Assembly: GCF_036321535.1 (NCBI RefSeq)
Contig: NC_087436.1
Span: 53,570,001-53,634,000 of the forward strand
Direction of reading: 5' to 3'
Origin: Camelus dromedarius
Lineage: Eukaryota
Length of the DNA stretch: 64,000 nucleotides
Part shown: piece by piece, positions 53,901-64,000 of the stretch
Numbering within the stretch: position 1 is the first letter of the stretch
How the letters are laid out: the number at the start of each line of letters is the position of its first letter
The notes under the pieces: generated by a model
The model's database searches: none
What the model was told of the DNA's origin: nothing
The model's input: the letters and a program-made list of their open reading frames with translations, nothing else
Translations under genes and position numbers: made by a program

Positions 53901-56900
53901 CATCGTTCAGCTCTGCCTATTCTCTCTTCCTTGTTCTGAGATATCCTTCATTGAGAATTTTTATTGTCCTTAGAAGTTTTGACAAATTGTTGGAGCTTAT
54001 CCTCTTTCTTGGGTGCTCAGATGTATTTGTCCCATACTTGGATTTTCCAGAGCTTTGTTAGATCTCTATTTCTGCAAATTCTTTTTAGTGTGTAACATCT
54101 AGATTTCTTGTGATAGGGATTCTGAGATTTCAAAGGCTGAACTGCGTAAAATTCAGGGTTTGTTAAAGAATGTGACAGTATCTGCAATGATAGTTTATTA
54201 ATACCAATATACTTTGTGATCAACTTCAAGAAAAATAGTTGAAATATTTTTGAGATTTTGTTTCAGAGTTAGAAAAAAGTTAAAAAGTTGTTTGGCTTTC
54301 ACCAGTTTACATAATTGTGATTTTAAGTAGGCATCTAATTAGAACATGGCTCCACACTTTAGTTGTATGTAAGCAATATCATAGCTTGGTGGATTTTTAC
54401 ACCATAATTTAGTGGTAAATCCACCAGCTTTCTATAAATATCTAAGTCACTTCTTAATTTCTCACTTTTGGGGGGCAAATTTAGTGGTAAACAACCAGTT
54501 AGGGTTTTTATTTTGGATGTATCCAGTATATAATGTTAAAATTCTGTTTAATAAAAGTGCCATTATACACACTGTATGTAAACTTACTAAGAGACCTTAC
54601 AGAATGATGAAGGAGAAAGGAGGCAGCAGAAAGAAACTGATCTTTTCTACCTTGAATGCCATTGAAGGAGGTCACTTCCACACTATCCGTTAATTTTATA
54701 AAAGTGGTGGTGGTAATTCTTTAGTTCGTATCCAGGTCTCTCTTTTGCCTAGTAGAAGCTGTCAGTGATAATGTAGTTTGGGAAGAGTTACCATTAAAAA
54801 AACAACCCAACAGACCTATGCTGTCTCACCCAAATTGGATTTGAGTTTTTACACTGTGGAGTGTGATCCAAAGGATGCCAGACTCTTAAAACCCTGCTTG
54901 AAATATTCATAAACTGGCTTAAAATTACACCAAGAGAATCTTACTAAGGATAATAGCATCATTCATGGTCTGTAGTCATATAGCTAAGATCATCACTTTT
55001 GTATCTGACGTTGGAGACATTGACTCTGTTGTCAGTTTTGTAACAGTTTTGCTGTCAGGAGATCTTATGATCTAGCCTTCTCCTTTCAGGCTAGTGAAAT
55101 CTAGTCATCCTAAATGTTAATCTGTTACATTGCTATTTGGGAAATAATTTAGAAACACAGATTCTATGCTTCCCCCCTATATTTAAGGAATTAAAATCCC
55201 AAGGAGAAGAGTATGAAACTGGGGTGGATGGGTGTGTGTGTGTGTGTGTTTTAAGTTCCCCAAAAGATTATTATGCTGGCTGATTGGTAATGGTCTGTGG
55301 TGGTTAAGTGGGGAACCGTTGGTCTGTTCTACTCTTGGTTACTTTCAAGGATAATAATGTTGGTTTATTTCAATCATGCAATCCTTATAGTCAGGAAGTT
55401 TGTCTTGCTTTCTCTTGACTTTTTCTATTTTGTGTGGTTACATTTGCTCATGAGCCTCACGAATTCTTTCATCTACTTAAAGCCACCTCACACCTTTATT
55501 CTCAGTTTCTTGTGTTTACATGTGTATGTATTAAGTTAACTGATACATCAAAATATTTTTATTAGAATAAAATTATTAAAAATACTTTCTTTAAACTCAT
55601 CATATGTTGATTCTTAAAGCTGACTATTATTAAAATCTATTTGGTCCACTTCAGAGCTTGATTGCATAGAAAAAAAGTAAACATGAGCTTTTATCTTATT
55701 TTTTTCTTATTCTCTGAATGTACATATAAGCACCTAAACTCTGCATTACATATTCTGTTTATAATTGTCCTTTTCTTTTACCTAGTCTGTACAACCATAT
55801 CCAGTTGTCTAGTAATTTAATGCCTGGCTGTGACTACTCACTTTTTAAGGTATGCTTGTTAATTTCATGTATTTAGTGTAAGACTCAACCATTCAGGTAG
55901 TCATTAAAAAGCTTGCCATAAACTTAACAATGGTTAATGCTCTGATGCTTGGAGAATAATTAAATTAGTGTTACCAGGCTTTAGCATAAATATATTTTGC
56001 CCTTTTTTTGTATAAACAATTAAAATTGAGAGTCTTATTTGATGGGCACATAGTATGATTGATTTGGAGAGAGCTTTGATCCTACAGTGCAGTCTATTCT
56101 TTATTTATTTAAGTAGACTGAAGTTCAGAGTTTGCCAGGAATTCTTAACCTGAGGTAATGTGAGTCCTTGAGATATTTGTTAGTGAGTTTTGTAAGGTGG
56201 CAGTGGGTGGTATATTCATTAGCTCTCTGAAATTGCATAATTCCTATATATATTTTCTAGGTATAGAAATGTATATAGCTTCTCAGAGGTGTTACTCAGA
56301 ATGTTTTGGAGCCTCCAAATTAAGTGAAACCCAAGGTTTGATAGCTAATAAGTGCTCAGGTCAGGGATCTAATTCTGCAATCCCATGCCTCTGGCTTTAA
56401 GTCTCATGTGTTTTCTTCCCCACTACATCAGTAATGGTTTTGTGGGAATAAAGTAAAAAGCTTAACAGCGTTGTGGTTTGCTGTTTCCAGTGATGATGTC
56501 TTAAGTTAACGTAACAATAATGTAACAATCTAACAGTGTTGTCTCCTAACCTTGTAGGATGGTATTGAGCCTATGTGGGAAGATGAGAAAAACAAACGAG
56601 GAGGACGATGGCTAATTACATTGAACAAACAGCAGAGACGAAGTGACCTGGATCGCTTTTGGCTAGAGACAGTAAGGTTTTAAAATGATAAAGCTGTTTT
56701 TGAGTACTGAAAGTTAATTGACATTATTTATGTTACTTAATCAAGGAGGAAATAAGGATGCCCACTCTAGAAATGTAAGCCAGCACTTAATTTTGTTCTG
56801 TCATGTGAATCTTATTTACATTTTACCCTCCACCACATTACAAATCCAGAAAGTGATTGGCAGTGGACTCACCTTATACAATAAGCTCATCCTGGTCATT

Positions 56901-59900
56901 TCATTAATTTCAAAATTATAGAGCCTCTCACATATTTTATGATGTAAGTTTTTACAATTCTCTTAAACTATTGCTTTGTATACCAAACTTTTTAGATCAA
57001 TGAAGTAAACAGTGAAATTGTAGCTTGATATCATTCAGCTTATATGTTATGATGCAAGTTGGACCTTTTGGCTTCATACAACATTTATTATGAGTTAATA
57101 GGCATTTTCTCTAATAAGAGGTTTTAAACCCCAAGCTTTTAGGAGCTGGGGTTATAGTCTCTTTTGTATCCCTAGCACTTGGCACGTTATCTGGTTATAG
57201 TTAGCACTTATTAAGTTAATCAGTAATAAATATTCAAATGAATGACTTTTTAACAGAAGAAACTTGTTTTTGCTTTGGGGAAAGGTTATCAGTAAATATC
57301 ATTTTAGAATTCCACATTAAAAAGTCATTTCAGTTTTGTAAGGTGACGTTTCTTGAGATGGGTGGGGTGGTGGTATAATACTTAATACCATTGAACAGTA
57401 CACTTAAAAATGGTTAACATGGTAAAATTTATGTTGTATATTTACCACAATTAAAAAGAACACATTAGAAAGTGTTGATGAAAGTTATCAGGAACAAGAG
57501 ACAGTTATCTACTATGAACAGCTATCTCAGTTATTCCATTAATGTTTGTTTGCTGGCAGGTATAAGCAGCAGAGCAAATGAGTATTAATAAAATAAATCA
57601 CCTTTTATGTGCCTTGACATTATTCGCTCAATTTGCTGATACAGTTAACACAACTGTAAATGTTCTTGATATTAAACAGAGAAATAAATTAACAAGTGAA
57701 CTTTTAAAAAGCCAACACAAAGAACTATATATATATAAATGTAATTTAGACATTTAAAATATCAACTTAAAAATCTATCCAGCATCTGCTTTGAAACATA
57801 TTTTTATGTCAAAACATGGTTTTTGTTTATTGAAAATAAACAGAGTGAAATTTTGTAATAGTAAACCATTGTTCTGTTAGCCAAAAAAATAAGTGATAAA
57901 GGATGAGGATATCTAAAGCCATGAGAAGAACACAGTACTAGCAACAGACTTACCGTATCATAGTAATAATCAACAGCAAGTCACTTTATTTTCAGCTGTA
58001 CTCTAAAACACTAGTGGTTAGTTGTTCACCTGGAGCCTTCGAAGAATTTAAATTCATGTTTGGGGTTTACCTGTCTAGATAATACATTGAACAAAGACAA
58101 CATTTGAGATTTCCCTCAGCATAATTTAGAAATATAACAGAGGGCAGTAAATGCATGCACACTGAGCAATCAGCCTTGTTGAGTATTTAGATAATGTATA
58201 CAACATAATGTTGATTTTAGATTATCTACAGAAAATAAGACCCAACAGAACAATATTCAAAAGAAAGCTGTAGAAGCTGAAGATTAGCATCCTGAAGACT
58301 GGAGAGATACCTGCTCTGGCCATGCAAATCTCCATGACTACCACTTACTTATCTCTTCTCTTACTCATAGACTTGATCATTAATCCCTGCATGTTTTTCA
58401 TATACTGGCTCAGATTTTTTCATAAAGTTACAATTTTAAAAAGTCAGCTCTTGGTTTTAAAACTTTTTTTAGTTTTGTATATATATATATAAGAGACATC
58501 TGCAGTTTAATAAGCTGTTTATAATCTACTGAATGTAATTTGGGATTGGGTTTTTCTTTTAAGCTGCTGTGCCTTATTGGAGAATCTTTTGATGACTACA
58601 GTGATGATGTATGTGGAGCTGTTGTTAATGTTAGAGCTAAAGGTGATAAGATAGCAATATGGACTACTGAATGTGAAAACAGAGAAGCTGTTACACATAT
58701 AGGGTAAGTTTGCTGCTTGTATTTTTAAAATAGATAACTAAAAGCAGAAGTACTTTTTCAATAAAAGGATCAAGATCATAAATTAGATCATTATTTTCCT
58801 TGTTTTCACGGACACGTATAATCTTGAACTGCTATTGGTATTCAGTGTCTTGATCATATTTTTTTCACTTCCATAAAATTTCTTTTTTCTAGCAATGGAG
58901 TATATACTCACCAGACACTCAATGGCATGTAGCATTTTATTATTTATTAATTGAGAATATGTCTTATCTACTTTAAAATCATAGTGCTAACATGTAATAC
59001 TCAATAATTTGGTGAGTAGTATTTGTATATTTTGTGCATAAGTGCACACTATACATAAAATTTTCATTGAAATTTAAGTGGTAATACTTCGTTCATATTT
59101 AAAACCCACATGTTTAAGTTTTTTTTAACTTATTTTGATAAATATAATTACAAAAATGGCCTGTATTTTATTCCCCCACACACACATATCAGTCAGTGTT
59201 AACTAGGATTTTCTTTTTATTACAATTAAATTAGTAAAATTAAACTTCAAATTTTGTGTTAAAATTAAGTGCTGGTCATAGGCCACAATATGTTTGGTTT
59301 GTTCCTTTGTGTGTTGATTTTTCGAACATTATGAATTCTGCTATGAACATAATCCCTTTCTGGATTAAAAGGTATGGGGATTTTCGAAGTTTCATTCTCC
59401 AGAGAGTTTCTATAAGAGGAAGTTGATTGATTTGTCATCATGTTCCTAATTTGTCAGCATCAAAACTTAAATTGTGCAGGTTTCGTATTTCTTTGAAAGT
59501 GGGTTAAAGAAATTAAGTATGAATTTCTTTCCTCTGGAAATTTTTTGTCTCAATATTAAAAGTTTTTGAAATCTCATAAAACACTTGAGTTCAGTTTTTC
59601 ACAGAAAGTGAATATGAAAGATAGGCTGACAAGGTAAAATTGGGGACATCAGAGAACATCACAGGTCAAGTTAGGAATCTGATATCTGAGAAAAAAGAGC
59701 AAAATTTTAAAAATAAGCACCAAAAGGAAATAAAACTAATGGGATATACATTTTCAGGAGCTAGATTCTCCAGTATGATACTAAGGCAATTCATTCATAC
59801 TCCATGCTCCAGAAGATTTCACTAAAAGTATCTAAAAATAATCTTATCATAACTAAAATTATAACTATTATCAGATTTACATTAGGATACAATGTATTTA

Positions 59901-60494
59901 TTACCTTCAATTATACTTAATCAGTAAATATGATTGTGCAGTAATAGACAATATTTACTAAGGTTTATCTATAAAATATAATTGAAACATTTTAGATCAG
60001 AAAATTAAAATAGACATGTGTATGTAATTGATTTTGTGTAAATTGATTATACATGTGATACAGCTCCACCATATGTATTTGTGATTGTTTGTGAATAACC
60101 TAATATTCTAAACTATAAACACCATGAGCCCATGGGCTGTCCCTGCTTTCTTTAGTATTAATTTATTAATGATTATCACAGTACCTGATTCTCAAATATT
60201 AGTTAAGTGAGAAACTAAGATTGTTGTGAAAATGAAGAGTACATTTTACTAAAAGGAAAAGGGTGTACAATTTCCTATTTCTAGGTATTTTTTTTTATAT
60301 ATAAAGAATAAAAATACTGAATTTGGTGGATGTGTGTTTAAATAAAAATTAATGGCTCCTTTTCTTCCTTTTCTTTTAGGAGGGTATACAAGGAAAGGTT
60401 AGGACTTCCTCCAAAGATAGTGATTGGTTATCAGTCCCATGCAGACACAGCTACTAAGAGCGGCTCCACCACTAAAAATAGGTTTGTTGTTTAA
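26891..60494 (+). CDS. EIF4E: EIF4E gene, eukaryotic translation initiation factor 4E (cap-binding protein), 7 coding exons, 217 aa
   Basis: Joined exons (18+107+96+64+114+140+115=654 nt) translate to MATVEPETTPTPNPPPTEEEK...HPLQNRWALWFFK...DTVEDFW...GIEPMWED...KSGSTTKNRFVV*. Cap-binding W56/W102/E103, W73 and S209 are present. All introns are GT-AG. Confidence 0.99.
30551..30774 (-). mobile_element. L1 3' end in intron 1
   Basis: TSD tttatcatagagaatttttt; aagatattgaatatagttccctgtgctatac. Confidence 0.8.
31486..31622 (+). mobile_element. vic-1-like SINE
   Basis: gggagggtatagctcgagtggtagag...aaacctaattacccc, A tail. Confidence 0.85.
31675..31930 (-). mobile_element. MIR SINE
   Basis: ttcacagatgaggaaaccaagg...tcgcccaagatcatacagcta. 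Confidence 0.7.
33427..33629. mobile_element. MER3 hAT MITE
   Basis: ctgtccaagagaactttctg...tagccactagctgcatgtggctattgagcacttgaa...ttggacactg. Confidence 0.75.
34020..34188. mobile_element. MER2/Tigger-like MITE
   Basis: cagttggccct...gatactgagggacagct degenerate TIRs. Confidence 0.6.
34215..34424. mobile_element. Tigger2-like MITE
   Basis: TIRs cagttgacccttgaacaa / ttgttcaagggttaactg, TA TSD. Confidence 0.85.
38140..38650 (-). mobile_element. L1M fragment
   Basis: ttagagcagttttaga...aacctacattgacacatcattatcacc...attccattgtctggatgtaccacagttt. Confidence 0.7.
45154..45283 (-). mobile_element. vic-1-like SINE
   Basis: TSD tcatttgtctttt; ttgaacccaggaccctgtgcatgctaagc. Confidence 0.85.
47122..47216 (+). 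mobile_element. Short vic-1-like SINE
   Basis: ggggagggtataactcaatggtagagc...; TSD ttcagttaa. Confidence 0.8.
48299..48405 (+). CDS. EIF4E: EIF4E coding exon 2 (ETTPTPNPPPTEEEK...HPLQNR)
   Basis: ttttccactag|GAAACC...CAGAACAG|gtaagc, 107 nt. Confidence 0.98.
50100..51406 (-). mobile_element. Charlie1a-like hAT DNA transposon in intron 2
   Basis: TIRs cagcagttctca / tgagaactatg, degenerate 8-bp TSD atttaaac/acttaaat, recognisable Charlie1 interior. Confidence 0.75.
51575..52328 (-). mobile_element. L1 3' fragment in intron 2
   Basis: aattgaagtataattg...agattccacatataactgaaatcat...aatttttTgagg. Confidence 0.8.
53130..53565 (-). mobile_element. L1MB-like 3' fragment just upstream of exon 3
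   Basis: aaaatttaccatc...ggtacctcatataagtggaattatac...gtggacacttgggtt. Confidence 0.7.
53623..53718 (+). CDS. EIF4E: EIF4E coding exon 3 (WALWFFKNDK...DTVEDFWA)
   Basis: ctgtttttag|ATGGGCAC...TTTTGGGC|gtaagt, 96 nt. Confidence 0.98.
55786..55849 (+). CDS. EIF4E: EIF4E coding exon 4 (LYNHIQLSSNLMPGCDYSLFK)
   Basis: ttttacctag|TCTGTAC...TTTAAG|gtatgc, 64 nt. Confidence 0.98.
56558..56671 (+). CDS. EIF4E: EIF4E coding exon 5 (DGIEPMWEDEK...RFWLET)
   Basis: cctaaccttgtag|GATGGT...GAGACA|gtaagg, 114 nt; branch-like CCTAAC. Confidence 0.98.
58564..58703 (+). CDS. EIF4E: EIF4E coding exon 6 (LLCLIGESFDD...AVTHIG)
   Basis: tttctttaag|CTGCTG...ATAGG|gtaagt, 140 nt. Confidence 0.98.
60380..60494 (+). 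CDS. EIF4E: EIF4E coding exon 7 (RVYKERLGLPPK...TKNRFVV*)
   Basis: ttcttttag|GAGGGTATAC...GTTGTTTAA; stop TAA at 60492-60494. Confidence 0.98.
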
Positions 60495-62250
60495 GAAGAC
60501 ACCTTCTGAGTATTCTCATAGGAGACTGCGTCAAGCAATCGAGATTTGGGAGCTGAACCAAAGCCTCTTCAAAAGCAGAGTGGACTGCATTTAAATTTGA
60601 TTTCCATCTAAATATTGCTAAGATATAAGAGAAGTCTCATTCGCCTTTGTCTTGTACTTCTGTGTTCATTTTTTTTTTTTTTTTTTGGCTAGAGTGTCCA
60701 CTATCCCAATCAAAGAATTACAGTACACATCGTCCCCACAATCCATAAATGTGTTCCTGGCTCACTCTGTAATAGCTTAGTATAATTAACCATTACAAAC
60801 ACATTTGACCCACCCACAATATTAAAAAAAGAATTTGCATTTCTGTATCTTACAGGAGAAAGATTCTGTTTATGTTCCATTGTACGCAGGAGCATATTTT
60901 GCTGGTTTGAAAGAGTATGATGCATACAGTTTTCTAGCAATTTTCTTTGTTTCTTTTTACAGCATTGTCTGTGCTGTACTCTTGCTGATGGCTGCTAGAT
61001 TTTAATTTATTTGTTTCCCTACTTGATAACATTAGTGATTCTGATTTCAGTTTTTCATTTGTTTTGCTTTTGTTTTTTTCCTCATGTAACATTGGTGAAG
61101 GATCCAGGAATATGACACAAAGGTGGAATAAACATTAATTTTGTGCATTCTTTGGTAATATTTTTGTTTTTTGTAACTACAAAGCTTTGCTACAAATTTA
61201 TGCATTTCATTCAAATCAGTGATCTATGTTTGTGTGATTTCCTAAACATAATTGTGGATTATAAAAAATGTAACATCATAATTACATTCCTAATTAGACT
61301 TAGTATGTCTGTTTTTGTATCTTTATGCTGTATTTTAACACTTTGTATTACTTAGGTTATTTTGCTTTGGTTAAAAAAAAATGGCTCAAGTAGGAAAGCG
61401 GTCCCATTCATATTAAGACAGTGTACAAAACTGTAAATAAAATGTGTACAGTGAATTGTCTTTTAGACAACTAGATTTGTCCTTTTATTTCTCCATCTCT
61501 GTAGAAGGAATTTGTACTTCTTATTGCAGGGCAGTCTCTATTGTGTCTTCTCTTGTAGTGTCTTCCATATGAATAGTATAAGTTTTGGAGCATTAGTTTG
61601 ATTATTATGTTTATTTCAATTTTTAATAAATTGAATAGGTAGAATCATATATATGGAATTAAATTGATGTGGCTACCTTTATTTTTTTATAAAGTAAGGC
61701 ATGGTCCTTCAGTGTTAGGTAAATATTGTACTCTTAATATGTTAAAAAACTCATGAAAATTGCGACCTTGGTGCATCACCATTTGATTGATAGGTATTAC
61801 AGTTGTAAAACTTGGTTGCTGAATTGCAATATCCTTCTGTTAAGTGTCAAAATGATAGCATAAAGAAAGGGTACAAGTGGTGGGAGTGTATGCATTAAGA
61901 ATTTTGTTAGTGTTGCTGTCTAAATAGAATGGAATAAACAGGTATGAAGACTTGTATTTATAATAAATTGGTATAGTATGGTTTTATGTAAACTTAAAAA
62001 TTTGATCTACTCTTTGTAGGTTTCATTTGAAAGCACACTTGAAAACAGTTTGTAATACATAATTGTATATTTCAGATCCTGTGAAATAAAATCGGCTATA
62101 TCAGACAAAAGGGTAAGCTGAACTGTAGGTAGGATGAAAACCATTAGTTGAGAAGAAGTTTTGTCTTTAGGTGGTGATTATGAATCAGTCATTTAAAAAC
62201 TGATAAGCTTGACAAAAATCCTATATAAAATAAACATGAAATTGTATTGA
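60495..62250 (+). other. EIF4E: EIF4E 3'UTR with tandem poly(A) signals
   Basis: U-rich, with no repeat recognised by eye. AATAAA at 61127, 61436, 61625, 61933, 61962, 62085 and 62229. The distal end is approximate. Confidence 0.8.
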
Positions 62251-63039
62251 TTTCACTGAAGAATTTATAACAGTGTAAAAGGTACCACAAGCTACCATCT
62301 GAGTACTCTTAATACCACAAACACCTCTTGTTCAGTGTTCTAGAAATAGTGAATCTTTTGTATTTATAATCTTAATATACTGTACCTTGGGTGATTGGTT
62401 AAGGTGATTTATTGTCTTTGTTGATAATGTGTAGTTGTGAGCACTTCAAGAGCTTGCTTAAAAGTGACAGTGATGGTGGTGTGTTAGCAATGGGTGGCAT
62501 TGGAGGAATATATCAGAAATTAGTGCTTTAATGCTTTATTTCCTTAATTCTAAGAGGCAGTCCATTTTAGGAAGTGTCAGCTTTGGAGGTAGAGGAGGAA
62601 TAATGCATTAAATGTATGCAGTTCTAAATTTTTTTGAAAAAGTCCTAATTTATAGCATTTGGTTATCCTTATCATTACCATCTTAGAATAACAATTTTAT
62701 TTTAAGTCTTTCTCCCAGTATGGGTAGGAAGGAATGATTCTGAGTCACTTTTGGCAAATGCCAGTTGAGTATCATAGTGACTTGCAAATTTTCCAACTTT
62801 ATTAGAATCTTTTCTAAGTATAAGATTAGACTGTACATGATTTTCTCAGTTACTTTTTCCTGTCTGTCCAACAGGATATTATAAATAAATATATTTTCAT
62901 AATAGAGAATTAAAATAATCTTTAACAGATGAATAGTAGTTCACTGTAGGGATGTGCCATATTTCATTTAACCAATTTAATTGTTAATACCAATTCTACA
63001 GAAGGATTTGAGGGATAGTATGTAAGAGTCAAATTAAAA

Positions 63040-63240
63040 TCCTTACATAGTACTCATTGTATGCCAGGCAGTATTCTAGGCACTTTACATGCACTTTAAC
63101 CTGCACAATAGTCCTTTGATGTAGGTGCTGTTTTCTCTGTTTTATAGATGAAGATACAGAAGCAGTGTGGATTTAAGTCAGTTAGTGTGGATTTGAGTCC
63201 TGGTAATTTTGGTTTGAGAGACCCTGTAATCACATACTCT
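63040..63240 (-). mobile_element. MIR-like remnant
   Basis: atgccaggcagtattctaggcacttt...tttatagatgaagatacag. Confidence 0.55.
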
Positions 63241-64000
63241 CTCAATAGTGTAGAGCCTCTCTGATAGGCTATAGTAAATTACACTAGATGGTAGTCAGTT
63301 TATAGGTCAGAATATTTTATTTTATTTCCTTTGGTAGTAAAACTTAAAAGAGATGGAGAGAGTCCCTCTCGGCTCACTGTTAGCAATCAGCTCATTTGGG
63401 AGTTTTGAGAACATAACGATAAAGGTACAGGAGTTTAGAGTTGCATAGATTAAGTGAATATTTTCATATACAGTTTAAAGTGTCTACATCCTGTTATCTT
63501 CTAAGATAAATGGCAAAATAAAGCAAAATTTTCAAGTTGATAGGAGTTGAGATTCTTAAATTCTGAAGTTTTCGTTCAAAGGATAATTTTAATTTACTAA
63601 GGCAGTGTGATGTGATGTTTTACATTTTAAAATTAAAACAAGTTAATGCCAAGTCTCTGTGCTACTTTTTCTCTAATTGTTACGGGTTTTCTTCATTACT
63701 GAGTAGAGGAGAAAAACAGCTGAATTTTCTCACTCAGAATTAGACCCTCTAGGCAAATACAAGATTTTGGGTCAGGTTGACATTAAAAAAAAGAAAAACC
63801 CTAGGTCAGTACTGTCCAGTGTCTCAGTAGACCAGTATAGAAATTCAGAGTGTCTGGAAATGTCTACAGAAATTTCATACAGCTGTGGCTTTAAAGTATG
63901 TGATCATTTCTTTAGTAACTGATTTTTTAAAATATATTTTATAAAAGTATAGTTGTGACAGGGATGCAGTTTAGGGTTTAAAACTGGTCCTTCACATGTA

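Noticed and set aside
56672..58563. Equivalent of the extra cassette exon of the longer human eIF4E isoform in intron 5
   Set aside because: As recalled, that exon is Alu-derived and primate-specific; no Alu is visible here.

Overview
Mammalian genomic DNA, inferred to be camelid from about nine copies of a tRNA-Ala-like SINE matching the camelid vic-1 family. The window holds one complete protein-coding gene, EIF4E, on the + strand. It has 7 coding exons (26891..60494; 654 nt = 217 aa + stop), all introns are GT-AG, and it has a CpG-island promoter and a long 3'UTR with several poly(A) signals. The first ~19 kb is almost all nested transposable elements: L1 3' ends, MER20, MLT/ERVL LTRs, an ERV1 provirus with a tRNA-Ser PBS, and decayed ERVL pol. 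Main leads: (i) a fold-back LTR element (2951..3993) made of two inverted LTR 5' ends inside one 4-bp TSD; (ii) a candidate 26-nt frameshifting 'poison' micro-exon in EIF4E intron 1 (40540..40565); (iii) a homologue of the human alternative first exon with both ATGs lost but a CUG in strong Kozak context, the splice donor and a G-run tract kept. Repeat family names come from recalled consensus sequences, not database searches.
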